NCBI GenBank assembly: GCA_903844735.1
Contig: CAIMUX010000087.1
Location: 4,738 to 68,737, forward strand
Source of the DNA: Candidatus Eiseniibacteriota bacterium
Lineage (GTDB): Bacteria; Eisenbacteria; RBG-16-71-46; CAIMUX01
Direction of reading: 5' to 3'
DNA length: 64,000 bases
This document shows positions 20,654-30,553 of the stretch, piece by piece (within the stretch, counting starts at the first letter, position 1; every line of letters starts with the position of its first letter). The notes under the pieces were generated by a model that made no database searches, was not told the DNA's origin, and worked only from the letters and a program-made list of their open reading frames with translations. A program made the translations under genes and the position numbers.

Positions 20654-22989
20654 GCCTCAAGTTCGTCGGCAAGAACATCACGCGCCCCGACGCCATCCAG
20701 AAGGCAACCGGCAAGGCGCGCTTCCTGGCTGACATCCATCTACCAGGCATGCTGTACGCCGCCATTCTGCGGCCCGGCTACGCCCACGCCCGGATCATTT
20801 CGATCGACACCACCGAGGCCGAGACGAGCGAGGGCGTCGTCAAGGTTGTCACCGGCAAGGGGTGCTCGGACAAGTACCGCTATGGCGACAACATCCGCGA
20901 TCTCGTACCCATGGCAGACGAGAAGGTCCGCTACATGGGCGAGCCCCTGGCAGCGGTCATCGCAGGAAACCCCCACCAAGCCAAGCAGGCGCTGAAGAAG
21001 ATCAAGGTCGAGTACGAGCCACTGCCGGTCTATACACAGGCCCTGGACGCGTTGGCTCCCGGGGCGGCCCTGATCCACGAGGACAGCGGCAGCTACTGGC
21101 ACCTGCCCGGCGTGGGTCCGAAACCGGGCACCAACATCGCGAACCACTACCGCCTGCGCAAGGGGGACGCCGAGAAGGGTCTCCGGGAATCGGATGTCGT
21201 CGTCGAGGCCGAGTTCAAGTACCCCTTCGGCTCCTGCGCGGCCCTCGAGCCGCACGGCGCGATCGTCTGGTTCCAGGAGGATGGGATGATCGAGATCTGG
21301 TCGTCCTCGATCTGCCCGTTCATCATCCGCGAGGAGGTCGCCCGCGTCTACGAGCGGCCGGAGTCGGACGTCCGCGTACACATCCCCGAGGTCGGCGGCT
21401 GCTTCGGCTACAAGTCCGACATCACGGTGGAGCAGACCATCGCCTACATCGCCGGCTTCGTGCCGGGACATCCCGTCAAGTGGGTCGCCTCCCGCAAGGA
21501 GGACTTCACCAGCACGCTTCTGGGCCACGGGATGATCATCCGCATGAAGATCGGTGCCATGAGCGACGGCCGGCTCATGGCCCTGAAGACGACCATTTAC
21601 CATTCCACCGGCGCGTATTCCGACACCGGGGTTCACGTTTCCATCGCCGCCGCGCACAACTCCACCGGCGCGTACGAGTACCCCCACTGCGATCTCGAAT
21701 CGATTCTCACCTACACGAACACGCCGGCGGTCGGTGCCTTTCGCGGCTACGGCCACCCCGAGGCTCAGTTCGCGCAGGAGCGGCTGATCGACATCCTGGC
21801 TCGCAAGCTGAAGATGGACCCGTTCGTGCTGAGGGAAAAGAACTACCTCGGTCCGGGCAAGGTAACCGCCCTCGGCGAGCGACTCCATCAGACCAACGGC
21901 GATCTGCGCAAGTGCTCGGACATCATCAAGAAGGCGGTCTTCGAGAAACCCAAGCAAGAGGAGGACAGCGAGTACTACTACGGTCGCGGCTTCGCCGCAG
22001 TCATGAAGTCGCCCAAGGGAGCGCCGTTCTCCTCGAAGAGCGCCTACGTCAAGTTCAACACCGACGGCAGCGTGGTCATCAACTGCGGCGGCGCCGAGGT
22101 CGGTCAGGGCCTGCGCAACGTGGTCCGCCTGGTCGCCGCCGAGACGCTCAAGATCGCGCCCGAGCGCATCCATGTTTATACCGAAATCGACACCCAGTTC
22201 TCCCCCTGGGAGTGGCAGACCATCGGCTCAATGTTCACCAAACAGGGCGGGCGCGCGGTCATGCGGGCGTGTCAGAAGACCATCGAGCAGATGAAGCACA
22301 CCGCCTCGCAGGTGCTGCGCTGCGACGTCGACCTCCTCGAATACGACGGCGAGTACGTCTACCTCTCGTCGGACCCGTCGATCCGCGTCGAGGTGACCAA
22401 ACTCGTCCGCGGCTACATGTACGAAAACGGCATGGTTGTCGGCGAAGTCGTGCAGGCCTGCGCCGATGCGCGTTTGCCGCGCTACTCGGGCTTCGACGAA
22501 AATGGCCAGGGATCGATGGGCGTTTCGTACACCTTCGGCGCGCAAGCGGCGGAGATCCGCATCGAGAAGAGCACGGGCAAGATCACGGTCGATCACTTCG
22601 CCTCATCCTTCGACGTCGGACGGGTCATCCAGCCGCAGCAGATCCGGGGTCAGGTGACAGGCGGCGTGATGATGACCATCGGCGCGGCACTCTTCGAGGA
22701 GGTGCGCTTCGACGAGACCGGCAAGTGCGTCAACCCGTATTTCTCGAAGTACCGATTCCCCACGATCAAGGACGCGCCGCTTAGGCAGACGGTGCAGATG
22801 GTCGAGACGCCGGGGACCATCGGTCCTTTCGGGGCGCGCGGCATCGGCGAACACCCGGTCATCGGACCGCCGCCGGCCATTCTGAACGCCATTTACGACG
22901 CGACGGGCATCGAGTTTTTCGAGATCCCGGTAACCCCCGACAAGATGAAGAAGGCTCTCGACGAGAAGGCAGCCGGAGGGAACACGTGA
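20650..22989 (+). CDS. Molybdopterin-dependent hydroxylase large (MoCo-binding) subunit, xanthine dehydrogenase/aldehyde oxidase family
   Basis: 779 aa with the Ald_Xan_dh N-terminal domain and MoCo-binding regions (GCFGYKSD, AVGAFRGYGHPEAQFAQERLID, GARGIGEHPVIGPPPAILNAI). 4-nt overlaps with udp and the small subunit. Confidence 0.85.
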   Translation: MSLKFVGKNITRPDAIQKATGKARFLADIHLPGMLYAAILRPGYAHARIISIDTTEAETSEGVVKVVTGKGCSDKYRYGDNIRDLVPMADEKVRYMGEPLAAVIAGNPHQAKQALKKIKVEYEPLPVYTQALDALAPGAALIHEDSGSYWHLPGVGPKPGTNIANHYRLRKGDAEKGLRESDVVVEAEFKYPFGSCAALEPHGAIVWFQEDGMIEIWSSSICPFIIREEVARVYERPESDVRVHIPEVGGCFGYKSDITVEQTIAYIAGFVPGHPVKWVASRKEDFTSTLLGHGMIIRMKIGAMSDGRLMALKTTIYHSTGAYSDTGVHVSIAAAHNSTGAYEYPHCDLESILTYTNTPAVGAFRGYGHPEAQFAQERLIDILARKLKMDPFVLREKNYLGPGKVTALGERLHQTNGDLRKCSDIIKKAVFEKPKQEEDSEYYYGRGFAAVMKSPKGAPFSSKSAYVKFNTDGSVVINCGGAEVGQGLRNVVRLVAAETLKIAPERIHVYTEIDTQFSPWEWQTIGSMFTKQGGRAVMRACQKTIEQMKHTASQVLRCDVDLLEYDGEYVYLSSDPSIRVEVTKLVRGYMYENGMVVGEVVQACADARLPRYSGFDENGQGSMGVSYTFGAQAAEIRIEKSTGKITVDHFASSFDVGRVIQPQQIRGQVTGGVMMTIGAALFEEVRFDETGKCVNPYFSKYRFPTIKDAPLRQTVQMVETPGTIGPFGARGIGEHPVIGPPPAILNAIYDATGIEFFEIPVTPDKMKKALDEKAAGGNT

Positions 22990-23465
22990 TGCCCGAGAAG
23001 ATCACCTTGACCGTCAATCATGTCCCCTGCACCGTCGAGATCGAGGGGTGGGAGAGCCTCCTCGACGTGTTGCGCGATCGCATCGGCTTGACCGGGACGA
23101 AGCAGGGGTGTGACGACCTGTCGTGCGGCGCCTGCACCGTCGTGGTCAACGGCGAGGCCGTCAAGAGCTGCAAGATGTCCGCAACGCGAGCCGCCGGCGC
23201 CGACGTGGTGACCATCGAGGGGCTCGCGCAGGGGACCACGCTCCACCCCATCCAGGAGGCTCTCATCGAGGCAGGCGCCGTGCAGTGCGGCTTTTGCATT
23301 CCGGGCATCGCCATGGGACTCTATGGTCTCTTCAATAAGAACCTCGACGCCGGCGATCAAGAGATCCTCGACGCGCTCGAGGGTCACCTCTGTCGCTGCA
23401 CCGGCTACGAATCAATCCTCGAGGGTGCGAAGCTCGCCCAGAAGAAGCTCAAGGCCCGGCTCTAA
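22986..23465 (+). CDS. [2Fe-2S]-binding small subunit of molybdenum hydroxylase (CoxS/XdhC family)
   Basis: 159 aa with both cluster motifs CDDLSCGACTVVVNGEAVKSC and QCGFCIPGIAMGLYG ... HLCRCTGY. Confidence 0.85.
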   Translation: MMPEKITLTVNHVPCTVEIEGWESLLDVLRDRIGLTGTKQGCDDLSCGACTVVVNGEAVKSCKMSATRAAGADVVTIEGLAQGTTLHPIQEALIEAGAVQCGFCIPGIAMGLYGLFNKNLDAGDQEILDALEGHLCRCTGYESILEGAKLAQKKLKARL

Positions 23466-23536
23466 CCCGGACGAACCGACTCAATCACTCTCACGGCCGA
23501 TCGCAAGACGCCGATCGCGCCAGAGGAGGCTCACCG

Positions 23537-24754
23537 ATGGCATTCGATATCGTCATTCAAAACGCGCGGCTCCGTCACCAGACGGGAACGGTCGACATCG
23601 GCATCGAGAAGGGCATCATCCAAGAGATCGGGAAGCTCGACGGCAAGGGCGCATCGGTCATCGACGCCGGCTCGAACCTGGTGACGGAGTCCTTCGTCAA
23701 CACCCACCTCCACCTCTGCAAGGTCTACACGCTGACCATGATGGACTCCCAGGCCCTCACCTCGTATCACGGCGAGGGAATGGGGGCGGCGATGACCGCC
23801 ATCGAACTGGCGGCGCGGATCAAGGAGCGTTACGACGAGACCTGGATCATCAAGAACGTGCGCAAGTGCCTGAAGTTGGCGGCGATCAACGGCAACACCC
23901 ACATCCGCGCCTTCGCCGATGTCGACTCGAAGGCCAAACTTATCGGCCTCAAGGCGCTGCTCCGGGCCCGCGAGGAATTCAAGGGAATCGTCGACGTGCA
24001 GGTGGTCGCGTTCCCGCAGGACGGCGTGGTCCGCGAGCCGGGCACTGTCGACCTCATCAAGGAGGCGATGGACCTCGGGGCCGACGTCGTCGGCGGCATC
24101 CCGTGGATCGAGTACACCGAGGCCGACGAAAAGACACACATCGACGAGATGATGAAGATCGCGCAGAAGCACGATGCCGACATCTCCATGCTCGTCGACG
24201 ATGCCGGCGACCCCGGGCTGCGCACTCTCGAAATGCTGGCCGTCAAGACCATCGAGACCGGACGCATCGGACGCTCGCTCGCCCACCACGCGCGGGCCAT
24301 GGCGCTCTACCCGGAGCCCTACTTCCGCAAAGTCGCGGCGCTTCTCAAGAAGGCGCAGATGGGCGTGGTCTCGGATCCCCACACCGGTCCGCTGCACGCG
24401 CGGGTGCGCGATCTCCTGGCCAACGAGAACCTCGTCTGCCTCGGGCAGGACGACATCTGCGATGCCTACTACCCGTTCGGTCAGAACAGCATGCTCGAGG
24501 TCGGGTTCCTCAACGTCCACCTTCTGTGGATGACCACCTTCCCGGAGATGGAAACGATCTATGACATGCTGACGGTGAACGCCGCGCGCTGCATCAACCT
24601 CAAGAACTTCACCCTACAGGTCGGCGCGCCGGCCAACATCGTCGTCCTCGACGGCCGCTCGGTCTACGAGGCACTCTGGTACCACCGCCCGCCGCTTTAC
24701 GTCGTCAGCCACGGCAAGGTCATTGACCGCAAGGCCATGGAGTCGGAGGAGTAG
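23537..24754 (+). CDS. Cytosine deaminase-like amidohydrolase (CodA family)
   Basis: Metal-binding HxH (FVNTHLHL) and a long collinear match to E. coli CodA: IDLQIVAFPQEGIL...LGADVVGAIPHFEF is matched by VDVQVVAFPQDGVV...LGADVVGGIPWIEY, and FGHDDVFDPWYPLG by LGQDDICDAYYPFG. Confidence 0.8.
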   Translation: MAFDIVIQNARLRHQTGTVDIGIEKGIIQEIGKLDGKGASVIDAGSNLVTESFVNTHLHLCKVYTLTMMDSQALTSYHGEGMGAAMTAIELAARIKERYDETWIIKNVRKCLKLAAINGNTHIRAFADVDSKAKLIGLKALLRAREEFKGIVDVQVVAFPQDGVVREPGTVDLIKEAMDLGADVVGGIPWIEYTEADEKTHIDEMMKIAQKHDADISMLVDDAGDPGLRTLEMLAVKTIETGRIGRSLAHHARAMALYPEPYFRKVAALLKKAQMGVVSDPHTGPLHARVRDLLANENLVCLGQDDICDAYYPFGQNSMLEVGFLNVHLLWMTTFPEMETIYDMLTVNAARCINLKNFTLQVGAPANIVVLDGRSVYEALWYHRPPLYVVSHGKVIDRKAMESEE

Positions 24755-24786
24755 CGGCCGCGCCGGCGAGGCGGCCGGCCCGATAC

Positions 24787-24870
24787 CACGAAACCCCGGG
24801 GGTCACCCCGGGGCTCGGGTTGACGGTCTGGGCGACCTGAACTGGTGGGCCAGGAATCGTGGCTTCCCGC
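24787..24870. repeat. Copy A of a roughly 85-90 nt hairpin-containing repeat element (diverged, about 75% to copies B/C)
   Basis: cacgaaaccccgggggtcaccccggggctcgggttgacggtctgggcgacctgaactggtgggccaggaatcgtggcttccc aligns with 31008-31095 and 56094-56181. It keeps the first hairpin (CCCCGGGGG/CCCCGGGG) with a compensatory change, and the second hairpin (CTGGGC...GGCCAG). Confidence 0.6.
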
Positions 24871-25062
24871 TCGTCCCCGTACGCGAACCACCCTCGGCGG
24901 TCGGGACAACGGCTCTCACACCGCCAACCGATTTCGGGACCGAGAATGTGGCGAGAGATCACGGGGGGCCGGGGGCGGCGGGAAGGACAGGTGGATGGCC
25001 CTCGGTCCCAAGCCTGCGATTCCCATGACGCTCGCCCACCGGCCAACCATGCCGACAAACAG

Positions 25063-25473
25063 CTATAGCTCTTCTCTCACGTAGCTCCCGGGACTCCTGG
25101 CAACCGCCGGGAACGCCGCAAGAACCTGGCGATCCGACGTCACCAGGGGAACGCCGAGTTGTTCAGCCAAGGCGACGAACTCGCAGTCATAGGCAGAACA
25201 GACTGATTCCGAGACCAAGCGAAGCACTCGCTCCGATCGCACCAGGTATTCTCGACCCAGAAGCAGACTCTCAGCCTTCCGCTGCAAGGATAGCGCGTCC
25301 GTCAGGGATACTTCCCGCTTGCGGACATACTGGGCCAGGACACTGCGAAACTCACTGCGCCACAAGAAGGGGGCCGCCCACTCCGGGTCGCGGAGGAAGA
25401 CCTCCCGCGCGAGGACCGTGCCGGAACCTCCAAGAAGCAGGTGGGCCAGCAGGTTCGTGTCGGTGACGATCAA
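25063..25473 (-). CDS. vapC: PIN-domain ribonuclease toxin VapC
   Basis: PIN N-terminal motif (L)IVTDTNLLAHLL with acidic residues further on. The probable TTG start overlaps the vapB stop (TTGA). The longer annotated ORF start at 25611 overlaps vapB and is rejected. Confidence 0.65.
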   Translation of the reverse strand: MIVTDTNLLAHLLLGGSGTVLAREVFLRDPEWAAPFLWRSEFRSVLAQYVRKREVSLTDALSLQRKAESLLLGREYLVRSERVLRLVSESVCSAYDCEFVALAEQLGVPLVTSDRQVLAAFPAVARSPGSYVREEL

Positions 25474-25712
25474 GGCCGACCCTTGGCTTTGGCACGCCGG
25501 ATGGCAGTGTCGGTCAATGGGCTCAGAGCCACGCGGCGTCGGAGTCGATCGACTTCGGCCAACCATGCCTTGGGATCGACGACCGGGGCGTTGGCCGCCT
25601 GTTCCAGGCATGTGATGATCTCGCTGTTGAGACTCCGGCGATGGAGCACCGCCCTGCGTTTGAGCCGGCCGAACAGCTTGTCGGGGATGCCCTTGATGGT
25701 TACGCTGGGCAT
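25470..25712 (-). CDS. vapB: Ribbon-helix-helix antitoxin VapB (Arc/CopG/FitA-like)
   Basis: 80 aa MPSVTIKGIPDKLFGRLKRRAVLHRRSLNSEIITCLEQA, typical of RHH antitoxins. Sits directly upstream of and overlapping the PIN gene. Confidence 0.7.
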   Translation of the reverse strand: MPSVTIKGIPDKLFGRLKRRAVLHRRSLNSEIITCLEQAANAPVVDPKAWLAEVDRLRRRVALSPLTDTAIRRAKAKGRP

Positions 25713-25966
25713 GATTCCTACCTCCGGTTAGGTTCCACTATGCAACCATGTTGGAACCGTAGCATGGCACCGGCGTCTGGACAAGGTCATCGAGCCCATG
25801 AGGTCATCTCCAACCGTTCCGTAGCTCTCGGCCACCGTGACCGTGCTGTTGCCCGGCTGGCCGTCGACAGGGCGTCGGACGTTGGTTCGGCGTGCGCTTC
25901 GATGAAGGACTCGGTCTGGGAGACGTAGTTGCCCCAGCCCCGGAAGAAGATCTACTGCGCCCGCGC

Positions 25967-27490
25967 CTACTCGCGCGGGGGAAGCGCCAGGCACTTCTCG
26001 TAAAACTCCACGCGCCGAGGCTCGAGGATCGGGCGCGGGGCCACGGCTGCACCCAGCTCCAGTAGCCGCGGCTCGCCGGGATCGAACGCCGGCCACTCCG
26101 GCAATCCCGGACCGTTCGGATCTCCCGTCCGGGCGAAGCGGACCCAGTACGCCGCGAGCGTCTCGGACAGGCGGCGATCGGCATCCTGCCAGGGACGCTG
26201 CAGCAGCCGGAGGTTCGCGAATGCATAGGGCACGTCCGAGGTGTGGAACGCGCCGAACTCCGGATGCTCGGGCCAGGGGATGCCGCGCGTGAAATAGTAC
26301 GCGTGCAGTGGCGCGTGGTCCCGCTCGGCGCGCGTGCGCGCCCACTGCAGGGTCCGGAGGAGCTCGAAGTCGCGCCTGCTCTGCTTCTGCGCGAGCCCGG
26401 CCTGCTCGTCGTTCGAGAACGGATAGAGCTGCAACGCCTCGTCCGCCAGCGTGTCCGGGAGCGAGCGTGCAAACGCCTCGAATGCCGCGGCCGTGACCTT
26501 TCCGTACGTGGGATCACTGCTGCCTTCGTCCGCGGTCATGCCATAGAGGATCGGCACGTCGTTCACCGGAGCGGTCGGTCCGTTCGCGGGAAGGCACCAG
26601 CCGTCCGCCACGAGCCCGAAGGGCCCACCGACCATGGTCCCGGAGGCCGCCAACCCGCGCAGCGCCGAGAGTGAGCTGTCCGGGAACGTCCTCGCCCACG
26701 CCGCACCCGCCTGCTCCGCCTCGGCGAGCGGCGGGTATCCGTCGGACGCGCCACCACTCATCAGGATGACGCGGTGAAAGAGCCCGGTCGCCAGGGGCGA
26801 GCGAATCAGCGCGGCGGCCAGCTCGGCGCCCGAAGACTGCCCGGCGAGCGTCACGCGATCGGGGTCACCACCGAAGGCCGCAATGTTCCGCCGGACCCAC
26901 TGCAGGGCGGCGATGCAATCGAGCAGCCCGTAGTTCCCACAGACGTGCCGCGGGGACTCCGCGCTCAGCCCTGGATGCGCGAGAAAGCCGAGTGCGCCCA
27001 GGCGGTAGTTGACGGTCACCACCACGAGGCCGCGACGAGCGAGTTGGGCGCCGTCGTACACAGCCACCGCGCCGGATCCTCCGGTCAGCGCGCCGCCGTG
27101 CAGCCACACGAGCACCGGGCGCTTCGCACTGTCTGGAGATTGCGCGGTCCAGAGGTTGAGGTCGAGGCAGTCCTCACTCGTCCGCTCCTGCGTGACGAAC
27201 TCCGCCGTCCAAGGCGGCGCGGACCATGGCACCTGCTGGCAGCACGGAGCGACGCTGTCGGCCTTGCGCACACCGCTCCAGGCCAACGGCGGCTGCGGCG
27301 GCTGCCACCGGAGCTCCCCGACCGGCGGCCGCGCATAGGGCACCCCCCTGAAGACGAGGACGCCGGGCACGCCGCTCGGGACGCCTTCGATCCCCCCGCT
27401 CTCGATATGCACCACGGCCGCCTGCGCCGGGGACGGCGACGACCCCACCAGCGCCAGTGCGAGAAGCCGGGCGACGACCCGAGCTCGCAT
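25967..27490 (-). CDS. Secreted carboxylesterase (type B carboxylesterase/lipase family)
   Basis: Internal Met gives signal MRARVVARLLALALVGSSPSPAQA (start 27490). Motifs FRGVPYARPPVGELRW, oxyanion WLHGGAL, and catalytic GESAG-like LAGQSSGAE. Confidence 0.8.
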   Translation of the reverse strand: MRARVVARLLALALVGSSPSPAQAAVVHIESGGIEGVPSGVPGVLVFRGVPYARPPVGELRWQPPQPPLAWSGVRKADSVAPCCQQVPWSAPPWTAEFVTQERTSEDCLDLNLWTAQSPDSAKRPVLVWLHGGALTGGSGAVAVYDGAQLARRGLVVVTVNYRLGALGFLAHPGLSAESPRHVCGNYGLLDCIAALQWVRRNIAAFGGDPDRVTLAGQSSGAELAAALIRSPLATGLFHRVILMSGGASDGYPPLAEAEQAGAAWARTFPDSSLSALRGLAASGTMVGGPFGLVADGWCLPANGPTAPVNDVPILYGMTADEGSSDPTYGKVTAAAFEAFARSLPDTLADEALQLYPFSNDEQAGLAQKQSRRDFELLRTLQWARTRAERDHAPLHAYYFTRGIPWPEHPEFGAFHTSDVPYAFANLRLLQRPWQDADRRLSETLAAYWVRFARTGDPNGPGLPEWPAFDPGEPRLLELGAAVAPRPILEPRRVEFYEKCLALPPRE

Positions 27491-27861
27491 ACCAACCTCC
27501 AACGCGCAGCACAAACTCGTCTGCGGATCAGCGACTTCATCACCCCCGGGCGCCCCTCGCCCCACTGCGAACCGCCGAACAGGACTATGACCGACCTCCG
27601 GGGGCGAATGGAAGACCCATCCCCCGACGGGGAGCGCGGCGAGAAACCACTCGCCGGGTGCATTTCGCTGGATGCACCACCAGCCCTGATGACAGGGCGA
27701 GTGTTTGGAGCGGATGATCTTCTTCGGGGAGAGTCCGTTGAGAAACGCCGCCATGCTACTCTTCCCGGGGCGGGCGAAGGGATGCGGCCCGATGAGGCGA
27801 GGGAACAGAGACACGGCCGGACGGCGCGAGCGAGCAGGGAGCCGGCACAGAGGAGGATGCG

Positions 27862-29115
27862 ATGACCTGCTGCCAGCGTGTGGTGTTCGGAGTGCTGCTG
27901 ATGATCGCCACGGCGAGACCCGGCCTGTCCCAACCGCCGGAGCCGGCCGCGAAGGGGGAACCGGCGGCCGCCGCGTCGGCTGTGCCGGTTTCCGGGACCA
28001 TCCAAGTGCCGGGCGGGTTGCTCTTCTACGAAGTGATGGGGCAGGGCGACTGGCTGGTCCTCATCCACGACGGGATGCTCCACCGGGAGACCTGGGACGC
28101 GCAGCTTGCCCCCTTCGGCCGGTACTTCAAGGTGGTTCGCTACGACCGGAGAGGCTACGGACGCTCCCCCGCTCCCACCGCGCCGTTCTCGGACCTGGAT
28201 GACCTGTACGCTCTCTTCACCCAGTTGCAGATCGACAAGGCTTGTCTGGTCGGCATGTCCGCCGGGGGAGGGCTGTCGATCGACTTCACCCTGGCTCATC
28301 CGGAAAAGGTAGACGCGTTGGTTTTGGTCGGAGCCGTCGTCAGCGGCTATGGATACAGCATGCACATGGCCACCCGGGGCGGACATCTGACGAGGGAAAT
28401 ACTGTCTGATCCAGTACGAAACCGGCAGTACTGGTGCGCGGAGGATCCCTACGTGGTCGCACCCCAGAACACCGCCGCCCGGGAAAGAGTCAAGGCGCTG
28501 CTCGAGGCCAATCCTCAGAACCTGGACAACACGGCGGGTGCCCAGGCCCAACCGCCTCCGCGCCCGGCCCTAGGGTTCCTCGGGGAGATCACGGCGCCCA
28601 CCCTGATCCTTGTCGGGGAGCAGGACATTCCCGATGTGCATGCCCACGCGGGGGCCATCCAGGCCGGGATCCATGGCTCGCGCCGGGTCATCATCTCCGG
28701 AGCAGGACATCTGATTCCCCTGGAGCAGCCCGAGGCTTTCAATGCCGAAGTCCTGTCGTTCCTCCAGGCCCGCGGCCTGGAAGCCGCCCTCGATGCGGGC
28801 AAGACCGAGGACATCCAGCGCATCCTTCGCCGGATCCGGGAACAGGACCCGGCGCCCAGCCCTCGGCTCGAGGCGACGGTGAATCTGCGGGCCTACCGGT
28901 TTCTCCAGGATGGGCACACCGACGACGCCCTGGCACTGTTCCGGATCGCGGTGGAGATCTTCCCGGATTCCTGGAATGCCTACGACAGCCTGGGTGAAGG
29001 CTACGCGGCCAAGGGACAAAAGGAGCTCGCCGTGAAGGCGTACAAGAAATCGCTGGAGCTGAACCCGGCGAACGACAACGGGCGGGAGGCGCTGAAGCGT
29101 CTGGAGGGTCCGTAG
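27862..29115 (+). CDS. Secreted alpha/beta-hydrolase-fold protein with C-terminal TPR repeats
   Basis: GGAGGA RBS and signal MTCCQRVVFGVLLMIATARPGLSQ. Hydrolase core VLIHDGMLH and nucleophile elbow GMSAGG. The C-terminus has TPR-like repeats (AYDSLGEGYAAKGQKELAVKAYKKSLELNP). Confidence 0.75.
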   Translation: MTCCQRVVFGVLLMIATARPGLSQPPEPAAKGEPAAAASAVPVSGTIQVPGGLLFYEVMGQGDWLVLIHDGMLHRETWDAQLAPFGRYFKVVRYDRRGYGRSPAPTAPFSDLDDLYALFTQLQIDKACLVGMSAGGGLSIDFTLAHPEKVDALVLVGAVVSGYGYSMHMATRGGHLTREILSDPVRNRQYWCAEDPYVVAPQNTAARERVKALLEANPQNLDNTAGAQAQPPPRPALGFLGEITAPTLILVGEQDIPDVHAHAGAIQAGIHGSRRVIISGAGHLIPLEQPEAFNAEVLSFLQARGLEAALDAGKTEDIQRILRRIREQDPAPSPRLEATVNLRAYRFLQDGHTDDALALFRIAVEIFPDSWNAYDSLGEGYAAKGQKELAVKAYKKSLELNPANDNGREALKRLEGP

Positions 29116-29735
29116 GCGGGCGCAGAAGACCACGTGCGTAATCCATCGAGTCGCCGTTCCGGAACCGCGCCAGGATTTGCCGCCACTCGCTCTCCGTCCG
29201 CTTGCGGCGGCCGTTCGACAACACCTGCATCCAGCCGTCCTCGTCGAAAGCCGAAGGAAACGAGCGCGCGGGCGCGGCTGGAGATCCCAGCCCTCGATCA
29301 GAAGGCGCTCGCGGGCCTCGTGGACCACATCGAGCTTGTCCTGGCCGAGGCAACCAGTGGACTGTGGCCTCCTGGGCCAGGTCGCCGTCGCCCTCGGAAT
29401 CCACTCGGCGAGTCCTTTCAGACCGGACACCGGTTGGTCTTCTCGCCCGACCGGTCAGGACCTAGCTGGAGACATCCCTTCTCGCCCAGGCGGGGCAGCG
29501 GCGATCGAACGAAGATCGAAGCACTCGCCCCTGCCTGGGTGAAGCGGCTATGCTACCCAGGTTCCGCTAGCCGGAGGCCGAGTCGTGCACCGATCCGCCG
29601 AGGGGGGAGGCGATACTCGGTGGTGGTCCGTTCTGCAGCACAGGATACCTTTGCGATGCCAGGCAGCTCAGTCCGGGCCGGAGGTTGGATGCTTGCCCGC
29701 TTCGCGTTCGACCGGAAGGCCAGGAAGTGAAAGTC

Positions 29736-30314
29736 ATGCCGCGTTTGATTCTTCTGGGTGGTCCCAACGGCGCGGGCAAGACGACCGCCGCGATGCGGAT
29801 TCTGCCGGGCTTTCTCTCGTTGCGCGAGTACGTGAACGCGGACACGATTGCTGCCGGGATTTCCGCGTTTGTGCCCGAATCGGTGGCCGTGGAAGCAGGG
29901 CGCGTCATGCTGCGGCGCCTGCATGAGCTGGCCGAAATGGGCGCGGATTTCGCTTTCGAGACCACCCTTGCCTCCCGGTCGTTTGCCCGATTCTTGCGGA
30001 ACCTGCAGGGGAACGGCTACGATGTGCAAGTGGTCTTCCTCTGGCTTCGGAGTGCGGATCTTGCTGTCGAGCGAGTGCACACCAGGGTTCAGGCAGGCGG
30101 GCACGAGATCCCCCAGCAGGTCGTCCGGCGCCGTTATGCCGCTGGCTGGCGCAACTTCCTGGAGCTGTATCAGCCGATTGCGGACAGTTGGCAGGTGTAC
30201 GACAACTCGGGCATGGAAGAGCGGTTGGTAGCCGAAGGGTGGAGCGGCGAGAAGACCGAGGTCCACGATCTGGAGCTCTGGTCTTTCATAGAAGAAGGAC
30301 CCACCAAGCCATGA
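29736..30314 (+). CDS. Zeta-toxin-family P-loop kinase (COG4185-like)
   Basis: ATG 29736 after GGAAGTGAAAG. Walker A LLGGPNGAGKTT with short kinase fold. The annotated 29685 start adds 17 residues with no support. Confidence 0.6.
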   Translation: MPRLILLGGPNGAGKTTAAMRILPGFLSLREYVNADTIAAGISAFVPESVAVEAGRVMLRRLHELAEMGADFAFETTLASRSFARFLRNLQGNGYDVQVVFLWLRSADLAVERVHTRVQAGGHEIPQQVVRRRYAAGWRNFLELYQPIADSWQVYDNSGMEERLVAEGWSGEKTEVHDLELWSFIEEGPTKP

Positions 30315-30490
30315 ATTACGAAGAGAAGCGGAAACAGCACGCGCAGATCCAGGCCGGGATGCACGTCGCGATCGCCGAGGCGGTCGAAGAGCACCGCCGC
30401 GCCGGGCGCAAGATCGCCATTTGGAGAAACGGCGAAGTGGTGCGAGTGACGGTCGAGGAAGCCAGGGAGCCCGATCTGCCGGCCACGTAG
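30311..30490 (+). CDS. Small (59 aa) protein translationally coupled to the zeta-family kinase; possible antitoxin/partner
   Basis: ATG overlaps the kinase stop (ATGA at 30311-30314). Sequence MNYEEKRKQHAQIQAGMHVAIAEAVEEHRRAGRKIAIWRNGEVVRVTVEEAREPDLPAT. Confidence 0.4.
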   Translation: MNYEEKRKQHAQIQAGMHVAIAEAVEEHRRAGRKIAIWRNGEVVRVTVEEAREPDLPAT

Positions 30491-30553
30491 TGGGGCCTCC
30501 ACCCCGGCCGCATCTGTTGCTTCCCCTCTCGCACCCAGACCTGACCGCGCGAG

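Noticed and set aside
20740-22784. Large antisense and alternative-frame ORFs (20740-22173 minus, 20862-22784 plus) inside the MoCo subunit gene
   Set aside because: Arg/Gly/Pro-rich low-complexity translations typical of high-GC frame shadows. The plus-strand frame at 20650 has clear XDH-family motifs.
25728-26517. ORFs 25728-26345 (minus) and 25804-26517 (minus) upstream of or overlapping the esterase gene
   Set aside because: Arg-rich low-complexity translations in alternative frames of the carboxylesterase gene and its leader. No domain signal.
29134-29730. Several plus-strand ORFs upstream of the zeta-family kinase
   Set aside because: Arg/Ser/Pro-rich frame-shadow-like translations without RBS or recognisable motifs. 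Region treated as intergenic/leader.
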